IMG/VR virus record: IMGVR_UViG_3300028048_001169
Location: 96,001 to 160,000 of that record
From: a virus
Lineage: Duplodnaviria; Caudoviricetes
Strand: one strand, 5' to 3'
DNA length: 64,000 nucleotides
Shown: one piece after another, positions 21,540-33,500 of the stretch
Position numbering within the stretch: the first letter of the stretch is position 1
Layout: every line of letters begins with the position of its first letter
Notes under the pieces: generated by a model
Seen by the model: the letters and a program-made list of their open reading frames with translations, nothing else
Told to the model about the DNA's origin: nothing
Database searches by the model: none
Position numbers and translations under genes: made by a program

Positions 21540-24278
21540 ATGAGAATATTATATGTAAAATTGGTCGGATATATTGGTCTCTATAATGGAATAGGAAAAT
21601 CTGAATTAGCAATTAATTTTGCTAATAGTAAGAACAATATAACGGTCATTAGTGGAGCAAATGGTTGCGGCAAATCAACCTTGCTCAATGCATTAAATAT
21701 TCTTCCGGATACAAACGATAACTTTATTCCTAATATAGGAGCATCTAAGGAATTAAAGATAGCTCATGAAGATACACTTTATGAGATATTTATTAATCAT
21801 CCTGTAGATGGTAAAGGAAATCGTAGTACGACTAAAGTGTCAATTAAGAAGAATGGGATGGAATTGAATCCAAATGGTAACGTTAGCAGTTACAAAGAAA
21901 TCATTTTTGATGAATTCGAATTGGACGGAAATTTCATTACCCTTTCTCATTTATCTGGAGATGATAGGGGGCTCGCTGATAAGAAACCAGCAGAACGTAA
22001 AAAGTTCATTGCTAATATCAGTACATCTCTAGATACATATAATGCAATTCATAAAAATTTAAACAAGAAAGCGAATGTATATAAATCTTACATCAATAAC
22101 CTTAGTGGAAAAATTCAAAGTATTGGAGATGAAACAAATCTTCAAAATACAAAAATATCTTTAGCTAATCGACGTTCTAGATTAGATAAAGAAATTGATG
22201 ATTTGAAAGCTGAGGTTATTGAGAGTAAGACGTTAATTTCTGTTAGTGATCCTAATGGCTTACTTCAGCAGAAATATGAAGAAGCAGATAAAGATTGTAA
22301 AGAATTGAAATTACAATCAAATAAAGCATTCTCTTTTTTACGTTCTTATTATGAATCTCATTATAAACCGGAAGATCTAGAGTTAACCTTAGATGCTATT
22401 GGAAAAAGAAAAGAAGATATTGATACATCTACAGCAGAATATTCTAATAAGATTGAATCAAATAATAATGCGATTAAGATTCATATGACAACAATGGAAA
22501 ACAATAAGGCAACCATTGCTCGTAATAAGATCCGCATTGATAAATTGAAACAGGAAATCAATCCAGAATTAGAATCTCAGTTAGTAGAAACAAAAAATAA
22601 GATAGGAATCATAGAAGATGCTTTCCATGAAGTTGGTATAACAGATATAGATAATATCTCTAGTTCCGAAATTAATCAGGTTATTGTATTATTACAGAAT
22701 TTTATAGAGAGTATTGATCGAATCTATGAGTTGATACCAGCAGATAGTTTAGCAGAGTTCTGTGATATCATATTGAACAGTACCATTGGTAATGAATTAG
22801 ATAAGTGTAATAAGATAATATCCAATACAAAGGATAGTTTGAATAACGCTTATATCAAATTGACAGAATTGCAAAATGATTATGATATTTTATCAGACCT
22901 AGACCATAGACCAGATAAATGTAAAATTGATCATTGCTATTTCTTATCAAAGCCAATGGAGGTACTGAAGAAATATGATTTGAAAGAAGACTTAGAAGTT
23001 CTTATTAAGAATATTAAGTCTACTATCGAAGATATGCGTCTAACAATACATATTAACGAGGAGATGGTGCAAAAACTAAAGAGTTACTCTTCTAGCGAGT
23101 CCATTTTAGGGACGATTACGACACAGGTGAATGCAAATGAGACGATTTTAAAGAAAATCAGTACGTTTATACGACTACTTGATAAAAACGCCTTATATGA
23201 GCTGATTTCGAATGGTAACAGATTTAATGAATATCGAGACCTTACGATGCTAAGAAATATAGCAAATTATATTACTGAGTATAAATCATTAACTCGTATA
23301 TATGATAAGCTATTAAATGAGAAACAAACAAACAATCATAATATTCAAGCGTTAGCAGAATATGAATCTGAAATGGAATTGAGCCAATCAGCATATGACA
23401 CTCAATTAAAAGAGATTAATAAACTGACAGAAGAGAATAAATTCTTAAATGGTTTATTAACTACTCTAGGAAATCAAAAGAAGATGATCGATGAATTATC
23501 CAATCGATATAATCAATGGGTGGAAGTCGATAATAAGTATCAAAAACGTTCAGATGATTTTGAAAAGATTTCTCAACAATCAAAAGGTCTTAGTGTTGTA
23601 TTAAATAAGATGGGTGATCTAGTACAACAAATACAGACAAAAGAGAATGAGAGAAAACCAATTGAAGATCAGGAGAAGAACATTGATTCTCAATTAATGA
23701 TCTTACAGTCATATCACCAAGAATATGCAATGTATCAAGAACGATATGATATTGTCAATAAATTGAAGAAGTACAGTTCACCAACAGCTGGTGGTATTCA
23801 AACATTGTTTATGCAGTTATATATGAGCAAGACATTGGAATTAGCCAATCAGTTATTAGGAATGATCTTCCAAGGACAGTATCAATTATTAGATTATGTC
23901 ATTAATGCAGATGAATTCAGAATGCCATTTATTGGTAACGGATTAGCAGTTGATGATATATCTTCTGGATCTACATCTCAGGTTTGTATTATGGGTATGA
24001 TTATTAATCTCGTTTTATTAAATCAAGCTAGTACGAAATATAATATTACTAGACTAGATGAGATTGATGGTGGACTAGATCATGCAAATCGATATATGTT
24101 TGTCGATATTCTGCAGAGAATTATTCAGATCTTACATATAGAACAGCTATTTATTATTAGCCATTCAGCTGAATCAGCATTGAGTAACGTAGACGTTATT
24201 CAATTAGCACCTATACCGGACTACGAAGATGTATTCAGTGGAGCAAATATAATCTATTCGTATAGTTGGGAACAATAA
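21540..24278 (+). CDS. sbcC: SbcC/Rad50-like SMC ATPase
   Basis: Walker A GANGCGKS, long coiled coils, central CxxxxC hook-like motif, signature SSG, Walker B LDEIDGGLD, IISH. Confidence 0.9.
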   Translation: MRILYVKLVGYIGLYNGIGKSELAINFANSKNNITVISGANGCGKSTLLNALNILPDTNDNFIPNIGASKELKIAHEDTLYEIFINHPVDGKGNRSTTKVSIKKNGMELNPNGNVSSYKEIIFDEFELDGNFITLSHLSGDDRGLADKKPAERKKFIANISTSLDTYNAIHKNLNKKANVYKSYINNLSGKIQSIGDETNLQNTKISLANRRSRLDKEIDDLKAEVIESKTLISVSDPNGLLQQKYEEADKDCKELKLQSNKAFSFLRSYYESHYKPEDLELTLDAIGKRKEDIDTSTAEYSNKIESNNNAIKIHMTTMENNKATIARNKIRIDKLKQEINPELESQLVETKNKIGIIEDAFHEVGITDIDNISSSEINQVIVLLQNFIESIDRIYELIPADSLAEFCDIILNSTIGNELDKCNKIISNTKDSLNNAYIKLTELQNDYDILSDLDHRPDKCKIDHCYFLSKPMEVLKKYDLKEDLEVLIKNIKSTIEDMRLTIHINEEMVQKLKSYSSSESILGTITTQVNANETILKKISTFIRLLDKNALYELISNGNRFNEYRDLTMLRNIANYITEYKSLTRIYDKLLNEKQTNNHNIQALAEYESEMELSQSAYDTQLKEINKLTEENKFLNGLLTTLGNQKKMIDELSNRYNQWVEVDNKYQKRSDDFEKISQQSKGLSVVLNKMGDLVQQIQTKENERKPIEDQEKNIDSQLMILQSYHQEYAMYQERYDIVNKLKKYSSPTAGGIQTLFMQLYMSKTLELANQLLGMIFQGQYQLLDYVINADEFRMPFIGNGLAVDDISSGSTSQVCIMGMIINLVLLNQASTKYNITRLDEIDGGLDHANRYMFVDILQRIIQILHIEQLFIISHSAESALSNVDVIQLAPIPDYEDVFSGANIIYSYSWEQ

Positions 24279-24305
24279 CGTAATATAGAGAAAGGAGATA
24301 GCTAT

Positions 24306-24440
24306 ATGAAAGATAAATCACTCCATAAAAAAGCAGTGTTTTCAAAGAAATGGTATCGTTGCTTTGTAGATGCTGTTGCTAAGAAACGTAACTGTAAACT
24401 GTGTACAATGAGATCAATTTGTAAGAATTGTTTAAAATAA
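24306..24440 (+). CDS. Small Cys-rich basic protein (44 aa)
   Basis: AAAGGAG RBS; CKLC...CKNC. Confidence 0.55.
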   Translation: MKDKSLHKKAVFSKKWYRCFVDAVAKKRNCKLCTMRSICKNCLK

Positions 24441-24565
24441 TATAGTATCCAATAGGGTATAAATCCCTATTGGATTTCTTGTTATTAAACTATTTTTGAA
24501 TCATATATTATAAGTGTGTAGTAGAACATAGAAATCAAACAATCATAGAAAGAGAGGTAGTTGAA

Positions 24566-25684
24566 ATGTTTGATCTATTTACAATGGCGGATCCGCTGAT
24601 TTTCTTTGAGGTAAGAAAAGCTGAGAGGGAAGCTAATCGAGCTTTAAAAGAATGCAAGAAGTGTGAGGAACGTGCAAAAGAGAAAAAAGAAATCCAGAAG
24701 TCAGTAAAGAATTTTAAGGACCACATCAATAATGTGAAACATACAAATAAAGATGTGGCTGAAGCAACCGGAACACCTTATACACCTGAGAATACTCCAG
24801 AAGATATTACAGAGCAAGCTGATAATATCAAGAAAGCAGCAGATACGATTCATGATATGCTGTATCCTGTTGTATATAATGATAATGAAGTTTCTGTAGT
24901 GCCAAATGAAGTATTTGAAGAGGATCGATTAGAAGATGTAAACAATGTACCTGAGCCAAAGTTAAAGAAGGAGATCAATGATGATCTTGTTGAAACTTTT
25001 GCAAAGGTATTACCAGGAGTTCCAGTTGTATTTGAAGCAACAGTAGATACTTATAATCCTAAGTCTGGTGGTGATTGTGGATTAGTAAAGATGCATGTAT
25101 TGCCGACCAAGACGACTTACTTTGTAGACCTGAACAATATCATGGGTGATGGTTATAATGTATTAATGACCAATCCGTATGATGGTAAATTGCTCTTTGT
25201 TAATACGGAGCGATGCCCTGAGTATATTCTGAAAGTAATAACAGAGGGATATACATTGACACCGGAAGATATCGTTCATATTAATGCTGGACGATTTGAT
25301 CCTGATATCTATCACTTCATAGATTTCTCTGGATTTGGTGATCATCTAAAGAATATGACTATGAAGGACAAAGAGCATCTTGAGTACACACTCCATAAAA
25401 TCATGAATCATGATTGGGAGAATGTATTAGGATATCCTCTGTATAGATGTCGTTTTGAATCTTATGCAGATACAGCAAACTTTACATTGATATCTGATAA
25501 GCATACAAGACATCAGAATGTCTTTACAGATCGAAAGTTGTATTCTCGATTCCGTAAGATGTATGTAACAAATAGCGAGTATGATCGCTATAATGAATAT
25601 TTCCGTATCAATGTAAAAGCAGGTAAAATTGTCGATGTTGCTAGAAATGGAGAAACAATTTCAGCCAAGGATCTTTATTTGTAG
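24566..25684 (+). CDS. Hypothetical early protein
   Basis: Early motif at 24501; GAGG RBS; 372 aa. Confidence 0.75.
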   Translation: MFDLFTMADPLIFFEVRKAEREANRALKECKKCEERAKEKKEIQKSVKNFKDHINNVKHTNKDVAEATGTPYTPENTPEDITEQADNIKKAADTIHDMLYPVVYNDNEVSVVPNEVFEEDRLEDVNNVPEPKLKKEINDDLVETFAKVLPGVPVVFEATVDTYNPKSGGDCGLVKMHVLPTKTTYFVDLNNIMGDGYNVLMTNPYDGKLLFVNTERCPEYILKVITEGYTLTPEDIVHINAGRFDPDIYHFIDFSGFGDHLKNMTMKDKEHLEYTLHKIMNHDWENVLGYPLYRCRFESYADTANFTLISDKHTRHQNVFTDRKLYSRFRKMYVTNSEYDRYNEYFRINVKAGKIVDVARNGETISAKDLYL

Positions 25685-26014
25685 AAAAATATTACAGCAC
25701 ACACATTAAAGTAATGAAATCATAAAAATAAACTTGCTAGTAGGATGTAATGAATTACGTAAAGAAATGTCTTGAATGGTTGTGATTCGAGAAATAGAGA
25801 TATGAAGTTGAACTGTAATTCAGTGGAAATATCCGATATACGAGCTTGTACTGTTATCGTCATTCATTACGGGTTAAACTAGATAATATAATACCAATCA
25901 ATTTCATCTTTACTATATTTTTGGTACATTGTTATATCCGCACACATATAAAAATAAAGCCATGTTTTTATTTAAGGGAGTAATTGATAGATAATAATTG
26001 ATTGGTATTATTAC

Positions 26015-26086
26015 TGGACTATAGCCAAGCGGTAAGGCCCAGGACTTTGACTCCTGTATTCCCGGGTTCGAATCCCGGTAGTCTAG
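26015..26086 (+). tRNA. tRNA-Gln(TTG)
   Basis: Cloverleaf, anticodon loop CTTTGAC, GGTTCGAATCC T-arm; no encoded CCA. Confidence 0.93.
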
Positions 26087-26402
26087 CGTAAAACGTTAAC
26101 TTAGTTTCGTTGTACAATCAAATCACACGCAAGGTGGAATTAGGTTTAAAAGGCAAGTGATCATTTGCTAATTCAGGTTGTAGGTATGCTCATTCCGACG
26201 TTCTCCTGAAATTAAAAATCTAAGACTTAGAGGTTGGACCTACAGGATTGTAGGCTCGAGTCTTAGGTTTTATTTTTATGATTAAGGGTTTAGGAACAGT
26301 AAAATCGGGTTAAAATGTTCTGGCTGTTAATAATATAATAATAATCGTTGAAATTAATCATTTGCGGTAAACATTAACGGCTTCTCCGATCTCCTTTATT
26401 TA

Positions 26403-26483
26403 GGGTAGGTAGCGAATCGGCAAACGCGGCGGACTGTAAATCCGTTTCCTATGGAGTAGTGGGCTCGACACCCACCCTGCCCA
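26403..26483 (+). tRNA. tRNA-Tyr(GTA)
   Basis: GGACTGTAAATCC anticodon arm, long variable arm; T-loop has CTCGACA. Confidence 0.9.
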
Positions 26484-26741
26484 TTGGTAAATTGTTACAT
26501 TTTTACTTATTTTCTGTAACAATTTACCAAAAGGTTCTTTTTAATGACTCGGACTTACGATGGCTCTTAGGTTCGAGTCACAAAGTACTAGCTCATTCGT
26601 GGTTTTTTCCTTTTTCTCTTAACCACGAAGAGTACCCATCCTTTTACGTTACCGCGATGTATATACATCAAAAACTTATTTATGTTACGTTACCATACAT
26701 AAATAGCTGCTCTAGAGTTTAGCGTTTAAATAGAGCAATTT

Positions 26742-26815
26742 GGACCTTTAGCTCAGTTGGTTAGAGCAACCGGCTCATAACCGGTCGGTCCTGGGTTCGA
26801 GTCCCAGAGGGTCCA
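26742..26815 (+). tRNA. tRNA-Ile2(CAT) (lysidine type; Met not excluded)
   Basis: GGACCTTTAGCTCAGTTGGTTAGAGC...GGCTCATAACC resembles Firmicute tRNA-Ile2. Confidence 0.88.
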
Positions 26816-26823
26816 TTTAATAT

Positions 26824-26895
26824 GGCTCGTTGGTCAAGCGGTTAAGACATCGCCCTTTCACGGCGGTAACACGAGTTCGATTCTCGTACGAGTCA
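26824..26895 (+). tRNA. tRNA-Glu(TTC)
   Basis: GGTCAAGCGGTTAAGAC D-arm; CCCTTTCACGG anticodon arm. Confidence 0.93.
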
Positions 26896-26977
26896 TCTCT
26901 AGGTACTTGGACACTATCTAGAGAAAATGCATTTTCTTTTAGGGCGTGAGTAGCTCTCCTCACACAAAATTTGCCAT

Positions 26978-27050
26978 AGCGTAGTAATTCAATGATAGAA
27001 TACAAATCAATTTGATTTGAAATTATAGGTTTAATTCCTATACTACGCTA
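26978..27050 (+). pseudogene. tRNA-like element / pseudo-tRNA
   Basis: All four stems pair, but the anticodon loop (CAATTTG) lacks U33, the T-loop is TTTAATT and the D-loop GG is lost. Confidence 0.6.
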
Positions 27051-27184
27051 TTAGAACCACACTCCTATGGTTCTAACTCCATCCAATTCTATGCTTGAGT
27101 AATAGATGTTTATATTCTGAGAGTATTTTTACTTAAATTTATGCTGTTTTCAGGTAAATTTTGAATTGACATCTATTACTCTAT

Positions 27185-27257
27185 GGGCCTATAACTCAGT
27201 TGGCAGAGTACATGATTTTTAATCATGATGTCTTGGGTTCGAATCCCAATGGGCTCA
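27185..27257 (+). tRNA. tRNA-Lys(TTT)
   Basis: CATGA-TTTTTAA-TCATG anticodon arm; GGTTCGAATCC T-arm. Confidence 0.9.
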
Positions 27258-27528
27258 GTTGGTTCTATTATATTCAGTTCTACTACACGTTTGATATTGC
27301 TTTTGTCGAAGTTATCCATAGTATTAAACGCTCCTTGATTTGCTTTGAATATAATAGAGCCTAAGAAAAGAAAACAGTGCCTATCCATACAAAATCCATC
27401 AAACTGTTTTCTTTTTTTCTGGACTAGGGGAATTTTGGTTGGTCCCCTTTGTTATTACCTCATACATTTTTTATCTATAGGGATTGGTTACCCCTATAGA
27501 TAAAAATATGTCTTTTCTCTATATAGAA

Positions 27529-27540
27529 AACATACTATTA
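27529..27540 (+). promoter_or_regulatory. Late-type promoter AACA-N6-TA
   Basis: AACATACTATTA upstream of the giant tail gene; same spacing at 53660, 54926, 61621 and (minus strand) 52988-52999. Confidence 0.65.
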
Positions 27541-27574
27541 ATATATTCTATATAGAGAAGGAGGGTATATTCTA

Positions 27575-30500
27575 ATGGCTAATTTATTTGGAAATAATAA
27601 GCGTAAAACCCCAGATCGCTTTACCAAAATCAATGCATTAACTTATGCTCGTAATGTTGGTAAATCATTTGGTTATGCTTTTATTGACAATTTTAACAAC
27701 ATGGCTCCTACAACAGCAGCACTGTTGAAAGAGTCAAATGATTTAAAGAATGAGATGTTTGCAAATATCTCTAGCTTTAAATCTAAGGCAACTGATTTTG
27801 ATAAATCCGGTACAGCTAGTATTGTACTAGAAGGAGCCAAGGACTTCCGCAATAATTTAGTTGCAGATATTCGTAATGGTACTTGGTATAATAAACAAAG
27901 AATCGAAAAGGCTAATGATGAAATAGCAAGTGATGCTTTCGGTATTAGCTTAGATGACTTTGGTGATTTTGATAGTGATTTTGATTTCGATACAGGTGAT
28001 GATATGGACTTCGATACAGATGTAACTGTATCGGCAGAAGAAGCTAATGCTAAAGCAATATCTAGTGCTGTATCAGAAGCATCCCAAAGAGCAGCAGGTG
28101 CTGTTTCAATGGCAACTGCACAATCTGCAGAATATGTAGTAACTTCAAATAGAGCTAATACAAAGGCTTTATATAATGGCATGACTTCAGGATTTGGTAA
28201 GATCAATGTAGGTCTTGCTGCCATTAATACGAATATATCTGCTTTGATGGAGCTGGGCAAACCATTAACTGATCATATGCAGAATAGTTCCAAATTCTAT
28301 ATTGCTACTTCTCAATATCAAGAAAAGTCATTAGCATTATTGGAACAAATTGCAAAGAATACTACTCCTCCAGAAATTAAGCGTAAATCTGCTAAGAAAG
28401 GTACTACTATAAATGATCTTGTAACAGCTGATGGATTATTAGACATTAGTGCATACAAGGATTTTGTACAGACTCAGTTTAAGGACATGACTTCCATGTT
28501 TACTTCTAGTCTTGATATGATTGGCGGAGCTAAGAATGGTATGAAGATGCTTACAGCATCTCCAGGACAATTATTATTACCATTCTTAACTGGTCAGTTA
28601 TTTAATATACGTGGTAGCAAAACTAATCGTACATTAAAACAGGCTATATCTGGATTTGATAAAGCTTTATCTGGAATGGCTACTGGATTGATGGCAAAGG
28701 CTAAAGCAACAGACTTTAGTGGTATGGGAATGATTGGTGAACTCTTAAATGTATTAAGAGATAACTTTATTCCTAATTCTGGATTAAAGACTAAGATTAA
28801 TACTGGTAACTATGTAAAGGGTAGAGTTGATTGGACTGGTAAAGCAGATAAAGCATTACGAGAAGTAATTCCTACACAATTAGGAAAGATCTTATCTGCT
28901 ATTACTGGAGAACAAGCTAGAACCTTTGATTATGAAACTGGTAAATGGGTTCCTATCAAGGATATAGAGACAGATGCTCATAATCGTAAGATGAGAGCTG
29001 CTCGATCTGCAGGTGGAGATTTCTTTAGTGATATTAAATCATCAGTTAATAAGTCTAATATGACTAAAAAAGGTAAAGAAGCCTATAATGAGCAGGTAGA
29101 TGCTTTCTTAATGAAGATGATGATGAATGACAGTCAAGACTTCATTAAACTTACTGATGATAGATTCTGGAGAGAAAGAGGCTCTGAATATAAGGACGTT
29201 ATTTCCGAGAAAGTATTTAAAGATTTCCAGAAGAGGGCAAAGGCTGTTGCTAGACGTAATCCTGGTTCTAGAAGTGAGTTAGCTTCTAATTTCTATAGTG
29301 CTAGAGCATCTTATGGTAGAGGAACAGAGAATTCTGATAACTTAGAATATATGCTTCATAATGGATCTATGGATTTTGGTAATAAGCAATCTATGGGTCT
29401 TAGAAGATTAGATGAGTTTGATAAAGATAATTTGTTCTATCTCAGAGGTATCTATACTTATACTGGTTATCTTGCTAATAACTTTAAATACCTTATACCT
29501 GGAGTAGATACAGGTGGATTTAATAGTAATATGGTTGTATTGGAAGGATTCCCAGATCCTACAAAATCCAACAATAATATTGGTAAAGTTAATAATAGGG
29601 CTAAGAAGAAATCTGCTCCTAGAGGAAACATGAAGATGTCCTCTGATGTAGATGCAGATTTAGATGCTGTTTATAGATATAATGAAGATACCGATGAAGA
29701 TGCTTTCTTAGATTCTTTAGGTGATGAACTTAGAGAATATTATGAGAAATCTAAAAGAGGTGAAGTTGATAAAGATCCTACAAAGGATAATAAAATCGGT
29801 TTAGCTCGTAGTGCTTATAAGAGGAAGAATGATGTTCGAGGTAAGATAGGAAACGCTTATCGTAAGATAGCAGATTCTGATTCTAGAGCTGGAAAAATCT
29901 TATCAGCATTCGAGAATACATTGGATGTAACAACAGATAGTGTTAGTGATATGCTTGATAGTGTATCCAGAGGCATCAATGACTTTGTTTATGGTAAGCC
30001 AGGTCAAGAAAAGGGTACTTCTATTGCTGATACAGTAAAGACTGGATTACGGTCTATTACAGATGCATTGGTGGATAACGTTAAAGTATTCTTACCAGAT
30101 TTCGTTGTTGATTTTGCTACAAGTATTTGGAAATCTATCAATGAAAATGAGCATGTAAAGAACTTTAAAGAGAAAACTAAAGGTTCATTGAAGAATGTAG
30201 CTAAGTGGTTTGTTCCTCAAAAAGTAAGAGAGTTCTTTAGTGGTAAAGAAGAGGAACCTCAAGCAGAAGCAGAAGGTGCTAGTGGTTCTGGTTTATTCGG
30301 ATCATCTTTATTCAATACAGTATACGCTGCTCAGAATAGTATCTTTACTGGTTATGCTGGTGGCGCTAGTAGAAGAAATAGAAGCAATACAAAAACTAAT
30401 ACGAAGACTAAGAGTGAATATAATAACTCTAAGAAGAAAAATCGTAGAGGTAAACGTCAAAGCCGATCTGGTGCCAATAGATCAAAAGTAAATGCAGGTG

Positions 30501-33500
30501 CAGATGACGATGCAGCTGCCGCGGATGAGGTGATTGAAAGAGCCTCTGATAAGATTGCTAGATTTATGACAGATAAATTATCAGGATTTATCGCTGATCA
30601 TAATCCTAAGACTGAAAAAGAAACCATCCAGAATAATATCAATAAGATGCTGAAAGAAGCTGATATTGGTGCTATGGGTGCTGGTGCTGTTATTGGTGGT
30701 GGATTATCATTAGTAACAGGTGCTTTCTTAGGACCTATTGCTGCTGCTGGTGTTGGAGCTGCAATTGGATTTGTAACAAAGTCCAATACTGCTCAAGAAT
30801 TACTCTTTGGTAAATTAACCACTGATGAAGATGGTAACGTTAGTCGTGAAGGTGGAATTGTAAAGAAAGATCTTGCCAATTTCATAACGAAAAATGTACC
30901 TTCTATGGCTAAAGGAGGCGGAATTGGTGCAGTAGCAGGAACATTCTTAGGATCACCATTACTCGGATCTATCGTTGGTGCTGGTATTGGATTCGTTAGT
31001 TCTTCAGAGAATGCTAAGAAGACATTATTCGGTGACTTAGTAGAAGAAGTAGATGAGAATGGTAATACACATAAAGTAAGAGCCGGTGGTCTTGTATCTA
31101 AGAAGATTCAAGATATGGTTAAGAAAGGTGCCTTTGGAGCTTCAGCTGGAGCTGCTGCTGGATTATTAATAGGACCATTTGGACCTGTTGGTAACTTAAT
31201 GGTTGGTTCTGCTCTTGGATTTGCATCTACAACAGATAAATTCCAGAAATGGTTCTTTGGTGATAAAGATGAAAATGGTAAGTTCAAATTCGGTAAAGGT
31301 GGTTTCTCTGAAAAGATCCGAAAAGAAATGTTTGAGCCTATCGTTGGTATCTTTGATAAGCTTAGTAAGAGAATTACAGAACAGATCAAAGAATTAGGCC
31401 ATACATTTAAGAAGTGGTTAAAGCAATTTATTCTTAAGAAAGTACTTGGTGGATTAGCTACTTGGATCTTTGGTAAAGCAAAGATTGGTAGAGCAATTGC
31501 TAGTGCTGGTAAAAAAGTTGCTACTGGTGCATGGAATATTATTACTAAGCCAGGACAGATGATTAATAATGCTCTTGAAAGAGGTAACCTTGCAAAGGGT
31601 TATGGTATTGAAAATACAACATCTGTAGAACGTAACTTAATGCGTGCTGGTTTTAGAGTTCAAGAAGATGGTACCGTTGTAGATCGTAATGGTAACTTAG
31701 CATTCAACAGTATTCAAGAAGCAGCTCAATCTGGTATAGCAGCGCATGGAAAAGCTGCCAATACAATGGGTGCTAGAATTGATACAGCATTACAGTTATT
31801 CACTGATCCGGAAGAAGCAACGAAACTTAGAACTCTTCTTGGTCAAGCTAATAGTGATGAACAAGCTCAGTTATCAGCTCGTATCAAAGGATCTACTGAT
31901 CTTTATGGTCAATTATTCAAGATTCAGCGAGAAGATGACAATAAAGCAAAAGCTGCTAGTAATTTACAGAAGTTATTTGCTAATGGTAGAATCAAAGGTA
32001 CAACTGAAGAAGAGGTAGCTGAAGAACTTCGTATGCTGATGAATTCCAGAAATGGATTCATGAAGAATCGTTATAAAGATAATGAGAAGTTTAGCGAAGA
32101 AGATATCTCTGGTTTATCTAAACTTATTAGCAATGCTAATAAGAACATTGCAAATGCTAATACAAATGCTAGAAGCAGTGTTGTTGAGATGATTTCTGGT
32201 AAGATGCGTGAAGCTGGTTATACCGATGCAGAAATCGAAAGATTTACCAAGGGTAGCAAGAGTGATAAATACTTAATGAGAATGGCTTCTCAGTTAGGTG
32301 TCAATATTAAACGAATGGAAAAAGATGGTGCTAAGACTGTTGATTCCGTTGTTATTGATACAATCCCTGGACTGCTCCAGAATATTAAGAACGCTATTAC
32401 AGAAGGTGTAAGTACTATTACTCAAGATACAAAGACTGGTGTAACGAAACTTGCAACAGGAATAGAAAGAATTTACAACCATTTCCGTTACGGTAAAATG
32501 GGAGATGCAATGAATGATCTCTATTCTGATGTAGGTGATGTTGCTGGAACAGTATCTAGACTTCCTGGAGATCTATTCAACTTAGGTAGAACCGGTGTTA
32601 AAGGTGTATCTGATGCTACCAGAGAAATGTATGGAGAGTACTTAAAGGAACAAACCAAGAAGTATCAAAGCAAAAAAGCTGCTAGAGCTAACAGATACAA
32701 AGAGCATACAGATACAGCAGGTTCTGGATCTGGATTATTTGGATTTGGCGCTGGTGGCGGAAAGGTACGTAACCAGTTTGGTACGTTAGTAGATAGTAAT
32801 GAAGATATCGCTTCACAACAACGTAAGAAAGATACTGCAATGCGAAACAATGCGTTGTTTAGTATTAGTTCTATGGGCGGTGGAGTTTCTTCTCTTGTAT
32901 CTGGAATGAATAAGATTGTAAGTGGTTTATTCGGAGACAAGAAAGAAAAGAAGAAATCATTATTCTCTAAACTTACTGAATTAATCACTGGTGGTACTGG
33001 ATTACTCGGCGGATTATTATCAGGTATCTTTGGCTTCTTTGGTGGAGGCGGATTATCAAGTGCCTCTGGTATCGTTGGTAAAGTGCTCAATGCATTTGGA
33101 GGTAAAGGTGCTTTCAGTAATATCTTACGTGGTGCTTTAATTGCAACTGTAGGAACTGGTATCGTTAAAGGTACTTATGATACATTAGCAAACAGAGTAA
33201 CTAATGGTGCTATTGGTCGTGGATATGGACAAATGGGCACTTCATCTAATGCTAGTTACACTGGATTAACTGCTATGGATGCTAGTGGTAATATGGTAGC
33301 TGTTGCTATGGATGGTAATGGTAATCCTGTTACGGATGAGAATGGTAACTATATATCTACAAATGGTCAAGCATTAGATCCTTCTAGAACACAAGTTACA
33401 GAATCTTATGCTACTAGATCTCTTGGTGAGCGTGAACGAGATAAGATTGGACGTACTTTGCTCACATATGGTCCAAAGAAAGCATTCAAGAGTAGTATTG

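Larger units (their letters stand above)
25713..27510 (+). ncRNA. Polycistronic non-coding transcript: tRNAs interleaved with many long-stem hairpin RNAs
   Basis: CACA-N6-TA promoter 25702-25713; no credible ORFs; dense inverted repeats; terminator-like hairpin 27465-27510. Confidence 0.6.

Noticed and set aside
3701-24278. Inteins in GyrA, the recombinase, RNAP beta halves, ligase or SbcC
   Set aside because: No intein-like N-terminal Cys/C-terminal HN motifs or unexplained insertions are visible
26459-27388. ORFs 26459-26722, 26817-27005 and 27176-27388
   Set aside because: They overlap tRNAs and hairpins and lack good RBSs
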